Shown here: positions 28,199-37,934 of the stretch, piece after piece
How the letters are laid out: each line of letters starts with the position of its first letter
How positions within the stretch are numbered: the stretch's first letter is position 1
NCBI GenBank assembly: GCA_037440905.1
Contig: JBBITE010000011.1
Coordinates: forward strand, 10,037 to 74,036
Source of the DNA: Anaerolineae bacterium
Lineage (GTDB): Bacteria; Chloroflexota; Anaerolineae; Anaerolineales; Villigracilaceae
DNA length: 64,000 nt
Direction of reading: 5' to 3'
Translations under genes and position numbers: made by a program
The notes under the pieces: model-generated
Told to the model about the DNA's origin: nothing
Database searches by the model: none
The model's input: only the letters and a program-made list of their open reading frames with translations

Positions 28199-29496
28199 AC
28201 GGTCCAGAAAAAGCAGCGGCGGTTCGTCCCCTGAAAATCGCCCACTACCTCCCCGATCAAGGCTGGGTGGACGAAATGCGCGGGCAAAATCCGCATGACG
28301 CCGCGCACATCCAGCAAAAATACATTGCCGAGGGACTGCGCGCCCGCGGGCATACCGTCACCTGGTTCGCGCCGCACGGCTTGGAGGAACTCTGCCGCAG
28401 CGACCTGACCGAAACGCACATCGTTCCGCGCACCTGGACGGCGCGCCGCTGGTTCGACCTGCTGGCAAAAGCCGCCTGGAAAGTTCAACAACTGCTCGGC
28501 GTGCCATACCTCAACTTCTTTTCCAACCTGCGCCGGTACGATGCCTGCCTTCAGGCGCTGCCCGGCTGTGAGGTGGTCTTTGAGCGCAACAGCCTGTATA
28601 ACGCCGGCGCGGCGATGGCTTGCCGCGCGCTGCGCCTGCCTTATGTGATGTTCTTCGATGCCGACCAGATTGCCGAACTCGATTTCATGGGCAAGCCCCT
28701 CAGCGGCTGGCTGCGCTGGCGCGCCGCGCAACTGCTGCGCTACAACCTGAACACCGCCCGCCGTGTGATCTGCGTCTCTGAGATCGCCCGCCGCCGCCTG
28801 ATGCAGACCTGGAAGACGCCGGCCGAGAAACTCATCGTCCTGCCCAATGCGGTGGACGTTCACCGCTTCCAACCGGACCCGAACCTGGGCGCCCAAACCC
28901 GAGCCTTCCTCTCGCTGACGGCGGATCAGCCGCTGCTCGTCTTTGTCGGCAGTTTTTACCAATGGCATGATGTGGCCACCCTGCTGCGCGCCTTTGCGCT
29001 CGTGCGCGGGCATCATCCCGCCGCGCGCCTGATTTTGGTGGGCGAGGGCGCTGAACGCGCGCGGATGATGTCGCTAGCGCAGCAACTGGGGCTGGGCGAG
29101 GCGGCGCACTTCACGGGGTTCGTCTCTCATGCCGACGTGGTGCGTTACATCAACTCCGCCGATGTTGCTCTCGTCCCGGTGCCGAAAATGGAAAATGAAA
29201 TGTGGCTCTCGCCCATGAAACTTTTCGAGTACATGGCGGCGGGCAAGGCAGTGGTTGCCTCTGCCCTGGGGCAGATTGTGGATGTGCTGCGCGACGGCGA
29301 AAACGGTTTGCTCGTTCCGCCGGGCGACGACTCGGCGCTGGCGCAGGCAATCGAACGGCTGATTACCGATGCGCCTCTGCGCGAACGGCTGGGCTGGCAG
29401 GCGCGGGAGGATGCGGTGCGCTATCACTCGTGGGAGCAGTACCTTTCGCGCCTCGAAGCCGTCTTTGTAGAAGCCGCCGCAGAGGTTCTTCCATAG
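28195..29496 (+). CDS. GT4 glycosyltransferase
   Basis: GTG start overlapping previous TGA; PNAVD, FVGSFYQWH, SPMKLFEYMAAGKAVV. Confidence 0.9.
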   Translation: MNGPEKAAAVRPLKIAHYLPDQGWVDEMRGQNPHDAAHIQQKYIAEGLRARGHTVTWFAPHGLEELCRSDLTETHIVPRTWTARRWFDLLAKAAWKVQQLLGVPYLNFFSNLRRYDACLQALPGCEVVFERNSLYNAGAAMACRALRLPYVMFFDADQIAELDFMGKPLSGWLRWRAAQLLRYNLNTARRVICVSEIARRRLMQTWKTPAEKLIVLPNAVDVHRFQPDPNLGAQTRAFLSLTADQPLLVFVGSFYQWHDVATLLRAFALVRGHHPAARLILVGEGAERARMMSLAQQLGLGEAAHFTGFVSHADVVRYINSADVALVPVPKMENEMWLSPMKLFEYMAAGKAVVASALGQIVDVLRDGENGLLVPPGDDSALAQAIERLITDAPLRERLGWQAREDAVRYHSWEQYLSRLEAVFVEAAAEVLP

Positions 29497-29540
29497 CGCG
29501 GGCGTGCGCCGCAGACATCTTTTGAAATGGACTCTTGCTC

Positions 29541-30785
29541 ATGAACGTCTTGTTTCTTTCCAACATGTACCCTCCGCACGTCATCGGCGGGTATGAAGCC
29601 CTGTGTCAGGAAGCGGTGGAAGGATTCGCCCGGCGCGGGCATCGGGTCTCTGTGCTGACCAGCACCTATGGCTACGAGCGCGAGTTCTCCGAAGGCAATA
29701 TCCACCGCCTGCTCTCGCTGGAAGGCGACCTGCAGTTTTACAAAATGCGCCATGCCTGGTCCTACCCGCAGCGCCGCGAGCGGAATCTTTCTCACCTGCG
29801 GCGGCTGATTGCCGAAGAACAACCGCAGATTGTCTTTATCTGGGGCATGTGGAACTTATCGAAGAGCCTGGCATACGAAGCCGAACGGCTGATGGGTTCG
29901 CGCGTGGTGTATTACCTTGCCAACCCCTGGCCTATCGAAGCGAACATGCACCAGCAATTTTGGGATTCCCCCGCCACCTCGCCGCTCAAAACTTTTGCCA
30001 AGCGCCTGCTGCGCGTTCCCGCCCGCATCATCCTGCGCGAAGAATGGAAGAAGGTCCCGCTGCGCTTCGAACATGCGCCGTGCTGTTCCGCCGCCCAGCG
30101 CGATCAGTTGCTGCAGGCCGGCGTGCCGCTCAAAGATGCGCCGGTCATCTACGAAGGAGTGGACCTGACGAACTACCTCGCACAGGCGCATCAGCGAACT
30201 TTCTCCTCCGATGGCACGCTTGCGCTGGTCTTCGTTGGCATTTTGGCGGAGCATAAGGGCGTGCATACCATTCTCGAGGCGTTGAGTCAGGTATCGGCGG
30301 AGGAGCGGAAGCGTCTGCGCCTCACCATCCTGGGCAAGGGACATCCGCAATACGAGGCGCGTTTGCACGCTTTGGTGCGCGAGCATCAACTTGCAGAGGT
30401 GGTGGAGTTTCACGCGCCCATTCCCCGCGCCGAACTGCCTGAGTTTTTGGGCGGCTATGATGCGCTGCTCCTGCCTTCGGTCTGGGCGGAACCGCTGGCG
30501 CGCATCATGCAGGAAGGATTGGCGTGCGGCATGGCGGTCATCGGCTCGGCAAACGGCGGCACCGCCGAGACCATCATCCACGGCGAAAACGGCTTGCTCT
30601 TTCAGCCCGGGGACGCCGCAGATTTGGCGCGTCAGATTCGCCGTTTGCTCGAAGAACCGTCTCTGCTGCGCAAACTGGCAGAAGCGGGCAGAAAGACCGC
30701 CGAAGAACGATTCGACATTCACAAGATGGTTGACAACCTCGAAGCCTATCTCCTGCGCGTCATCGCTGAACACGAACCGCGTTGA
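29541..30785 (+). CDS. GT4 glycosyltransferase
   Basis: YPPHVIGGYE, FVGILAEHKG, PSVWAEPLARIMQEGLACG. Confidence 0.92.
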   Translation: MNVLFLSNMYPPHVIGGYEALCQEAVEGFARRGHRVSVLTSTYGYEREFSEGNIHRLLSLEGDLQFYKMRHAWSYPQRRERNLSHLRRLIAEEQPQIVFIWGMWNLSKSLAYEAERLMGSRVVYYLANPWPIEANMHQQFWDSPATSPLKTFAKRLLRVPARIILREEWKKVPLRFEHAPCCSAAQRDQLLQAGVPLKDAPVIYEGVDLTNYLAQAHQRTFSSDGTLALVFVGILAEHKGVHTILEALSQVSAEERKRLRLTILGKGHPQYEARLHALVREHQLAEVVEFHAPIPRAELPEFLGGYDALLLPSVWAEPLARIMQEGLACGMAVIGSANGGTAETIIHGENGLLFQPGDAADLARQIRRLLEEPSLLRKLAEAGRKTAEERFDIHKMVDNLEAYLLRVIAEHEPR

Positions 30786-30865
30786 TGCAAACCTGCATAC
30801 CCATCGTCCCATTCTCCTCCCGGCAGAGCGTACCCTGGGATTAAGTGGTGTGAAAGCCAATTTAC

Positions 30866-30931
30866 CACAGAGCGCACGGAGAACGCAGAGATTTTTCTTT
30901 GGGGTTTCTCTGTAGACTCCGTGATCTCTGT
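30866..30931. repeat. imperfect inverted repeat built of ~9-bp CACAGAG/CACGGAG units
   Basis: ACAGAGCGCACGGAGAACGCAGAGA pairs with TCTCTGTAGACTCCGTGATCTCTGT. Confidence 0.7.
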
Positions 30932-30972
30932 CACCCCGCCAAATCCCAGAGAGCCGAAAATCCTCAAACCCA

Positions 30973-32208
30973 ATGGAAGCAGCCGTGTCTCCTGAAAACC
31001 CTCTCGTCAGCGTCATCATCCCCAATTACAACCATGCCCGCTTTTTGGGCGACGCCATCCGCAGTGTGCTGGCGCAAACCTACCGCCCTGTAGAAATCAT
31101 CGTGGTGGACGACGGCTCGACCGACAACAGCGGCGAAGTGGCGGCGGGGTTTGGCGATCAAATCCGCTACATTTACCAGACCAACGCCGGTCTCTCCGCC
31201 GCGCGCAACACCGGGCTGCGCGCCGCAAAAGGTTCGCTCATCGGCGTGCTGGATGCCGATGACATGTACGAACCGAACTTCCTCGAAACGCTGGTGGCGG
31301 CATTGCAGGCAGACCCCCAAGCCGACGGCGTGTACTGCGGCTATCGCTTCGTGGATGAAGCGAACAACCCTCTGCCCCAAATCGAAAACCGCCCGCTTCC
31401 CAGCACAGACCTGTACCCCGCCCTGCTCGACGGCAACTTCTTCGTCCCCGAATCCGTCTTCCTGCGGCGGCGCGTCTATGACGAAGTCGGCTTCTTCGAT
31501 GAATCCCTGCGCGCCTGCGAAGACTGGGATGTCTGGCTGAGAGCCGCCAGGAAATTTCGTCTCATTCACGCGCCTCACATCCTCACCCGTCACCGTGTTC
31601 TGGCAGGCAGCATGTCCACCGATCCGCTGCGCATGCTCACCGCCCGCCTCGCCGTGCTGAAGAAACACGTCGGCGAGGAGCCAGCCTCGGCGGGCAATTC
31701 CACCGCGCATCGCGCCTACGGACGCGCCTACCTCGGTTCGTGCGTTGAATACCTGCAATACGGTCATCCCGAACGCGCTTACGAATGCTTCCAAAAGATG
31801 GCGGGCATTTGCCCTTCCCTGCTGCTCGAGGTGGATACCTACTATCAACTCGGCTGCGGCGACCAGCCCAAAGGGCGCATGGGCGACCTGGCCTCCCTCA
31901 ACGTGAAGCGCAGCAGCCTGCCCCTGCTCGGCATGATGGACCGCTTGTTTAGCGACCCTTCCACAGATGACGAAATCAAACGCCTGCAGCGCGCCGCCCG
32001 CGCCCGCATGTTCCATGCCCTGGGCTTGCTTGCCTATGGCACACGCGAATTCGAGTTGGCGCGCCGCTTCTTCCGCCGCGCCGTGCAGCACAACTCCCGC
32101 CTGCTCTTTGACCTTGCGCTCCTCTCCCGCTGGCTCAAATCCATGCTCGGAGCGCGCCTGCTCGACCAACTCAAACACCTGCTGCGCCGTCCTCCCTCCC
32201 CCGCATGA
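30973..32208 (+). CDS. GT2 glycosyltransferase
   Basis: VSVIIPNYN, VDDGSTD, NAGLSAARNTG, LDADD, EDWDVW. Confidence 0.92.
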   Translation: MEAAVSPENPLVSVIIPNYNHARFLGDAIRSVLAQTYRPVEIIVVDDGSTDNSGEVAAGFGDQIRYIYQTNAGLSAARNTGLRAAKGSLIGVLDADDMYEPNFLETLVAALQADPQADGVYCGYRFVDEANNPLPQIENRPLPSTDLYPALLDGNFFVPESVFLRRRVYDEVGFFDESLRACEDWDVWLRAARKFRLIHAPHILTRHRVLAGSMSTDPLRMLTARLAVLKKHVGEEPASAGNSTAHRAYGRAYLGSCVEYLQYGHPERAYECFQKMAGICPSLLLEVDTYYQLGCGDQPKGRMGDLASLNVKRSSLPLLGMMDRLFSDPSTDDEIKRLQRAARARMFHALGLLAYGTREFELARRFFRRAVQHNSRLLFDLALLSRWLKSMLGARLLDQLKHLLRRPPSPA

Positions 32209-33437
32209 AACTGCTCTTTCTCACCAACTTCTATCCACCTGCCAGCCGCGGCGGTTACGAACAATGGTGTCAGGAAACCGCCGAGGGCTTGCGCGCCCGC
32301 GGTCACGAAGTGCTGGTGCTTACCAGCCGTCACGGGCTTGGCTCGCTGCCGCAGCCAGATCCCGCCTGGGTGCGGCGCGGCCTGCACCTCGAAATGGAAT
32401 TTGCCTCGCTGCGCAACGCCGTTCAATTCTTCACCAGCCGCCGCCGGCGCGAACACGAAAACCTGAGCCTCCTGCGGCAAACCATCGAAGAACACCAGCC
32501 TCAAGCCATCCTGCTTTGGGGCATGTGGAACCTGCCGCGCTCCCTGCCTGCCCTCGCCGAAGAACTGCTGCCGGGCAGGGTTGCCTGCTATGTGGGCGAT
32601 TACTGGCTCACCCTCCCCAGCCAATTCGAAAATTACTGGAACGCCCCCGCCCGCAACCCGCTTACCGGCCTTCCAAAACTCTTCCTGCGTCCCTTTGCCC
32701 GCCGCATCCTGGCGCGCGAACCCCGTCCCACCCTTAAAGTGGAACATGCTCTCTTCCCTTCCGCTTTTATGCAGGCGGAACTCCAGCGCAAAGGCATCAC
32801 CCCCCGCCATTCCAAAATCATTTACGGCGCTATTGACACCCATCCCTACCTCAACGCCCCGCGCCGCGCCCCGCAGGGAACCTTCTCCCTGCTTTACATC
32901 GGGCGGCTTACGCGCGAAAAGGGCGTCCATACTGCCATCGAAGGCGTCGGGCATCTCGTCCGTCACTACGGCCTGGAAAACGTAAAACTGACCGTCATCG
33001 GCAATGGAGATGCGGACTACGTGCAGACTCTTCGTCAATTCGTTGCGCGCGCCCGCCTCGCTTCTTTCGTGGACTTTGTGCCTGCTCAGCCCAAAGAGGC
33101 TTTACCTTCCCTCTATCCTCAATTCGACATCCTCATCTTCCCTTCCATCTGGGCGGAGCCGTTCGGGCGCGTCCTTGTAGAGGCAATGGCTTCCGGGTTG
33201 GCGGTGGTCGGCACGGCGGTGGGCGGCGCGGCGGAAATTCTTGCCGATGGAGAAAACGCCCTGACCTTCCCGCCTAACGACCCCGAAGCATTGAGCCGCC
33301 AACTGAAACGGCTGATTAAATCTCCCGCGCTGCGCGAACGCCTGGCGGCAGCCGGGCGCGAAACGGCTGTCACCCGCTTCGACATCCGCCGCATGACCGA
33401 CGGCATCGAGGCGTATTTGCAAGGCATTGCCGCATGA
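32205..33437 (+). CDS. GT4 glycosyltransferase (paralog of 29541)
   Basis: YPPASRGGYE, LWGMWNL shared with 29541, PSIWAEPFGRVLVEAMASG. Confidence 0.92.
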   Translation: MKLLFLTNFYPPASRGGYEQWCQETAEGLRARGHEVLVLTSRHGLGSLPQPDPAWVRRGLHLEMEFASLRNAVQFFTSRRRREHENLSLLRQTIEEHQPQAILLWGMWNLPRSLPALAEELLPGRVACYVGDYWLTLPSQFENYWNAPARNPLTGLPKLFLRPFARRILAREPRPTLKVEHALFPSAFMQAELQRKGITPRHSKIIYGAIDTHPYLNAPRRAPQGTFSLLYIGRLTREKGVHTAIEGVGHLVRHYGLENVKLTVIGNGDADYVQTLRQFVARARLASFVDFVPAQPKEALPSLYPQFDILIFPSIWAEPFGRVLVEAMASGLAVVGTAVGGAAEILADGENALTFPPNDPEALSRQLKRLIKSPALRERLAAAGRETAVTRFDIRRMTDGIEAYLQGIAA

Positions 33438-34609
33438 AAATCCTGTTCCTTTCGCGCTGGTTTCCGCACCCGCTGAACAACGGCTCGAAGATTCGCATTT
33501 ACAACCTGCTGCGCGGGCTGAGCCGTCATCATGAAGTGACGCTGCTCAGTTTTGCAGACGAGGCGGAGGCGAATCCCGAAGCGCCTGAAATCCGCGCCCT
33601 TTGTGCAAGAGTGCAGGTCATCCCCTGGCGCGAGTTCGATCCACATTCACGGCGCGCGCGCCTTGCCGCGTTCAGCCTCAAGCCGCGTTCCATTGTGGAT
33701 ACCTTCTCACCCGAAATGGCGCGAGCCATCACCGAAAGGCTGCGCGAAGAACGATACGACCTCCTCATCGCCTCGCAATTGCAAACGGCGGCGTATGCCC
33801 CCTATTTTCAACAGGTGCCGGCGGTTTTTGAAGAATTTGAAATCGGGCTTTTTCATGACCGGGCTTTTTCTCCTCAGGGGCGCATCCGTCCCCGCGAAGC
33901 GCTTACCTGGTTCAAACTGCGCTGGTACCTTTGGCGCCTGCTGAACCGTTTTCAGGCGCTGACGGTGGTCTCTGCACGGGAACAAGACCTGCTGGCGCAA
34001 AACTTTCCCCGCTATCGCGGCAAAGTGGAGATTATTCCCAACTGCCTGAACCTGGACGAATATGAGCAGGTGCGCGCCGAAAAACGGCAGAATACGCTCA
34101 TTTTTAGCGGTCCGTTCAAATACCGTGTCAACTATGAAGCGATGGTGTGGTTTGTGGGGGATGTCTTTCCGCGGGTGTTGGAGCGCGTTCCCGAAGCGCA
34201 TTTGATTATCACCGGCGGACATGAAAACCTGCCGCTGCCCTCAGCGCGGAACGTCACCCTGGCGGGCTACGTGGAGGACATCAAATCGCTGATTGCCTCC
34301 TGCGCCGTGAGCATTGCCCCGCTCCTCAGCGGAGGCGGCACGCGCCTGAAGATTTTAGAGGCGATGGCGCTGCGAACGCCGGTGGTGGCCACCTCGAAAG
34401 GGGCGGAAGGACTGGAAGCGGATGGCGGGGAGCACCTCTTCATAGCCGATTCTCCTGCGAAGTTCGCGGAATGTGTTATAAAGATATTGCAGGATGAAAC
34501 GCTGCGCCTGCGGCTGGCGGAAAACGCCCACCGCCTGGTGCGCGAAAAGTACAATTGGGGGAGCGTTCTGCCCGCGTATTTGAGATTGCTGGAGGCAGTG
34601 CGTTGGTGA
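33434..34609 (+). CDS. GT4 glycosyltransferase
   Basis: FPHPLNNGSKIR, NYEAMVWF, SGGGTRLKILEAMA. Confidence 0.9.
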   Translation: MKILFLSRWFPHPLNNGSKIRIYNLLRGLSRHHEVTLLSFADEAEANPEAPEIRALCARVQVIPWREFDPHSRRARLAAFSLKPRSIVDTFSPEMARAITERLREERYDLLIASQLQTAAYAPYFQQVPAVFEEFEIGLFHDRAFSPQGRIRPREALTWFKLRWYLWRLLNRFQALTVVSAREQDLLAQNFPRYRGKVEIIPNCLNLDEYEQVRAEKRQNTLIFSGPFKYRVNYEAMVWFVGDVFPRVLERVPEAHLIITGGHENLPLPSARNVTLAGYVEDIKSLIASCAVSIAPLLSGGGTRLKILEAMALRTPVVATSKGAEGLEADGGEHLFIADSPAKFAECVIKILQDETLRLRLAENAHRLVREKYNWGSVLPAYLRLLEAVRW

Positions 34610-34678
34610 TATATTGACTGTACTGACGCACACCCTTCTGTGTGACACATCCTTTCAACCCGCTGATGATTTGCAACG

Positions 34679-36115
34679 ATGAACCTTGATTTTCGCTTGA
34701 AATTTTTATTCATAGACCGCCGAATCTCCATTCACATTCGCTGGGTGCAATATGCCATCATTGCGCTGGCGGCGGTGACGGCGGTAGCGGCGGCATATTG
34801 GGGTTCGATGATGATTATGCTGGCGCTGGCGGGCGCGGTCATTGGCGTTGCCGGGCTGCTCATCCTGCTGCGCTACCCGAACGTGGGATTTCTGCTGTTG
34901 TTTGCAGCGGGGATGTTCGTACCCTTTGCAGGACCGGGCGGTTTCAACGCTTCGATTCTGACCCTGATCTTGATGATTGGTCTGTGGTTCATGGATATGT
35001 TTGTGGTGAAGCGGCGCTTTTCGTTCGTTCATTCGGCGCCGCTGCGCCCGGCGTTTTACATGCTGATTGTGTGTGTCATCGCCTTTGCCATGGGGCAAAT
35101 TCCCTGGTTCGTCTTTGCCAACCAAGCGCCCCTCGACGCACAGATCGGCGGCTTTGCCATCTATTTCTTCCTGGTGCTTGCCATGATTATGACGGCAAAC
35201 GTGATTCGGCAGGTGCGGTGGCTCAAAATCATCGTGTGGACGTTCATCGGGCTGGGGTTTATCTATGTGCTGGGGCGCACCCTGCAGTTGGAAGTCGTTG
35301 ACCGCATTTACGCGCACGGTGTGTATGCCAACAGTATGTTCTGGATGTGGATGGTCACCCTGCCGTTGAGCCAGGCAATTTACAACAATCATCTATCTCT
35401 GCGCTCGAAGGCGGTCTTGTATGGGATTGTCGCCCTCACCTTTTACGTGGCGTTGGTGCAGCAGAACGACTGGAAATCGGGCTGGGTGCCGGCCGGGCTG
35501 GTGGCGGCGGTGCTGGTGGGTTGGAAGTTCCGCAAAGTGGTGCCGTTTACCATTCCCTTTGTGCTGATGGTGGCGATCTATCTGGCGCAGGATTTGATTT
35601 CTACTGATGAGTATAGTTGGGGTACGCGCGTGGATGCCTGGCTGGTGGTTTTGGATATCAGCCGCGTCAGTCCAATCATCGGGCTGGGGTTTTCCAATTA
35701 TTACTGGTACGCTCAGATTTTTACGATTCGCGGTTACCGTATCCGCTTCAATTCGCACAGTCAGTTCGTTGACATCATTGCCCAAACCGGCATTTTAGGG
35801 TTGATCTGCTTCCTGTGGATTCTGTTTGAGATTGGGCGCCTGGCCTATCGGCTGATGAATCAATTGCCCGAAGGGTTTGCCAAGGCGTATGCCTATGGCA
35901 TTTTCGCCTCGGTATTTGGGGCGTTGATGGCGTCCTTCCTGGTGGATTGGCTGTTACCTTTTGCCTACAATATCGGTCTTGATGGTGTACGGGCAAGCGT
36001 CCTGCCGTGGATCTTTTTCGGCGGGTTGATCAGCCTCGAGCAAATCTACCTGGCAAATCAAAAAACGGATCCCGCCAGTGTGAGGGAGCGCAGGCTGAAT
36101 CCTGCCCAATCGTAA
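34679..36115 (+). CDS. O-antigen ligase/polymerase (Wzy_C) family membrane protein
   Basis: About 12 TMs; GTRVDAW, GLGFSNY, SHSQFVDIIAQTGILG. Confidence 0.85.
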   Translation: MNLDFRLKFLFIDRRISIHIRWVQYAIIALAAVTAVAAAYWGSMMIMLALAGAVIGVAGLLILLRYPNVGFLLLFAAGMFVPFAGPGGFNASILTLILMIGLWFMDMFVVKRRFSFVHSAPLRPAFYMLIVCVIAFAMGQIPWFVFANQAPLDAQIGGFAIYFFLVLAMIMTANVIRQVRWLKIIVWTFIGLGFIYVLGRTLQLEVVDRIYAHGVYANSMFWMWMVTLPLSQAIYNNHLSLRSKAVLYGIVALTFYVALVQQNDWKSGWVPAGLVAAVLVGWKFRKVVPFTIPFVLMVAIYLAQDLISTDEYSWGTRVDAWLVVLDISRVSPIIGLGFSNYYWYAQIFTIRGYRIRFNSHSQFVDIIAQTGILGLICFLWILFEIGRLAYRLMNQLPEGFAKAYAYGIFASVFGALMASFLVDWLLPFAYNIGLDGVRASVLPWIFFGGLISLEQIYLANQKTDPASVRERRLNPAQS

Positions 36116-36134
36116 ATCATTTAGAAGCGAGGTC

Positions 36135-36890
36135 ATGATGGAGGAGTTGATCGGTTTGATCCCCGCCGCGGGGAAGGGTGTTCGGCTTGGTTTGCCGTAT
36201 CCGAAGGAATTGTATCCCGTCATTCGCAACAACCATTACAAGCCCATTTCGCAATTTGTGGTGGATAACCTGGTCAATGCGGGGTTGAAGCATATTGTCT
36301 TTGTCATCAACGAGACCAAACATCAGTTGATTGGCTATTTTGGCAACGGCATGCGCTTTGGCTGCGACTTCAGTTACGTGGTGCAGGAAGTGGTGGAAGG
36401 GAAGACCAAGTCCACCTCGCCGGGGCTGGCGCACGCGCTGGATTCAGCCTATCACCTCATCCGCGGGAAGACGGTCTTCTTTGGCATGGCGGATACGCTG
36501 ATGAAGCCCAACGATGTCTTCAAGCGGGTTTATCAAGCCGCCGCGCCCGAAGACGACGTGCTGCTGGGCATGTTCACCACCGAGCGCCCCGAAAAATTTG
36601 GCATGGTGCGCATGGACGGCAACAGCCGCGTGCTGGAGATTGTGGACAAGCCCAAACAAACCGATCTGACGCAGATGTGGGGCTGCATTGTGTGGCGTCC
36701 CAGGTTCACCGAGTATTTGCACAGGTGTGTTTTTGAAGAAGGCATTTCCGATTTTGCGAAGATCATGAACGATGCCATTGCGATGGGGATGAAGTTCAAA
36801 GGCGTGCATATGGAAGACGGCACGTACATTGACCTCGGCACGTATGACGAGATTGCAGACCTTGACCGTAAATACCGAGGGGAGGAATAG
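36135..36890 (+). CDS. sugar-1-phosphate nucleotidyltransferase (RmlA/HddC-like)
   Basis: GLIPAAGKGVRLG..PKELYP, GLAHA, FGMV, IVDKP, YIDLGT. Confidence 0.85.
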   Translation: MMEELIGLIPAAGKGVRLGLPYPKELYPVIRNNHYKPISQFVVDNLVNAGLKHIVFVINETKHQLIGYFGNGMRFGCDFSYVVQEVVEGKTKSTSPGLAHALDSAYHLIRGKTVFFGMADTLMKPNDVFKRVYQAAAPEDDVLLGMFTTERPEKFGMVRMDGNSRVLEIVDKPKQTDLTQMWGCIVWRPRFTEYLHRCVFEEGISDFAKIMNDAIAMGMKFKGVHMEDGTYIDLGTYDEIADLDRKYRGEE

Positions 36891-37847
36891 ATGACTGAAA
36901 CGGCGACCGGGCTGAAGGTCCAGGAGAGAAGCGGCGAAGCCGTGGTGGATATGTCGGTGGTGCTGGTGTGCTGGAACAACAAGGCATATCTCGATCCGTG
37001 TCTGAAATCCCTCTATGAAGGCGGGTTGAAGTGTTCGTTCGATGTGGTGGTGGTGGATAACGGCTCGACCGATGGCAGTCAGCAGATGCTGGCGGAGAAG
37101 TATCCGCAGGTGAAGTTGATTCAGAACGCGGGCAATGTGGGGCTGGGCAAGGCGAGTAATCAGGGGATTGATGCCACTCACGGGCGTTATGTGCTGTTGT
37201 TGAACAACGATACGATTGTGAACGGACCCGCGCTGGATGTGCTGGTGGAATATCTGGATGCGCACCCTGAAGCGGGCGCGGCGGCAGGAAAATTGCTGAA
37301 CCCGGATGGTTCGTTTCAATCGGGGTATGCGCCGTTTTCCACGCTGCTGGAGGAATTTCTGATTGTGACGCACATCGGCGAGTTGCTCTGGCCTGGCTAT
37401 CCTTCACACGGCGATTCGAACGAGATCAAAGAGACAGGCTGGATGAGTTCGGCGTGCCTGTTGCTGCGCCGCGCCGCGCTGGATCAGGTGGGCTTGCTCG
37501 ACGAAAGTTATTTCATCTATGGCGATGAGGCCGATTTGCAATACCGCCTGAATCGGGCGGGCTGGAAGGTGGTCTTTTTGCCCAATTCGTCCATCATTCA
37601 CTTTGGCGGGCGCAGCATGGACCGCTGGAAGCGCCGCAAGATGGTCTATCGCGGCAAGATGATGTTCTACAAAAAGAATTACGGCTTCTTCAAAACGCTT
37701 TTGCTGCGGTTGATGTTTTTTGTGATGAGCCTGCTGAAACTGCTGGTGTGGTGTGTGCTGTTCTTCATCCCCAGCCGCAATGAACAGGCAAAAAAGGAAT
37801 TGCGTTCGAATCTCGACGTAATGGGGTTGTGCCTGAACTTGAAGTAG
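36891..37847 (+). CDS. GT2 glycosyltransferase (WbbL-like)
   Basis: VVLVCWN, VDNGSTD, LLLNNDT, VGLLDESYFIYGDEADL. Confidence 0.9.
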   Translation: MTETATGLKVQERSGEAVVDMSVVLVCWNNKAYLDPCLKSLYEGGLKCSFDVVVVDNGSTDGSQQMLAEKYPQVKLIQNAGNVGLGKASNQGIDATHGRYVLLLNNDTIVNGPALDVLVEYLDAHPEAGAAAGKLLNPDGSFQSGYAPFSTLLEEFLIVTHIGELLWPGYPSHGDSNEIKETGWMSSACLLLRRAALDQVGLLDESYFIYGDEADLQYRLNRAGWKVVFLPNSSIIHFGGRSMDRWKRRKMVYRGKMMFYKKNYGFFKTLLLRLMFFVMSLLKLLVWCVLFFIPSRNEQAKKELRSNLDVMGLCLNLK

Positions 37848-37855
37848 ATTTCTCA

Positions 37856-37920
37856 GCCACGGATGACACGGATTTTCATGGATGCTGTTCCATCCGCGCG
37901 AATCCGTGAAAATCTGTGGC
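37856..37920. repeat. imperfect inverted repeat built of ~9-bp CACGGAT units
   Basis: GCCACGGATGACACGGATTTTCATGGATG - CTGTTC - CATCCGCGCGAATCCGTGAAAATCTGTGGC. Confidence 0.7.
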
Positions 37921-37934
37921 TCAATATTTAAACC

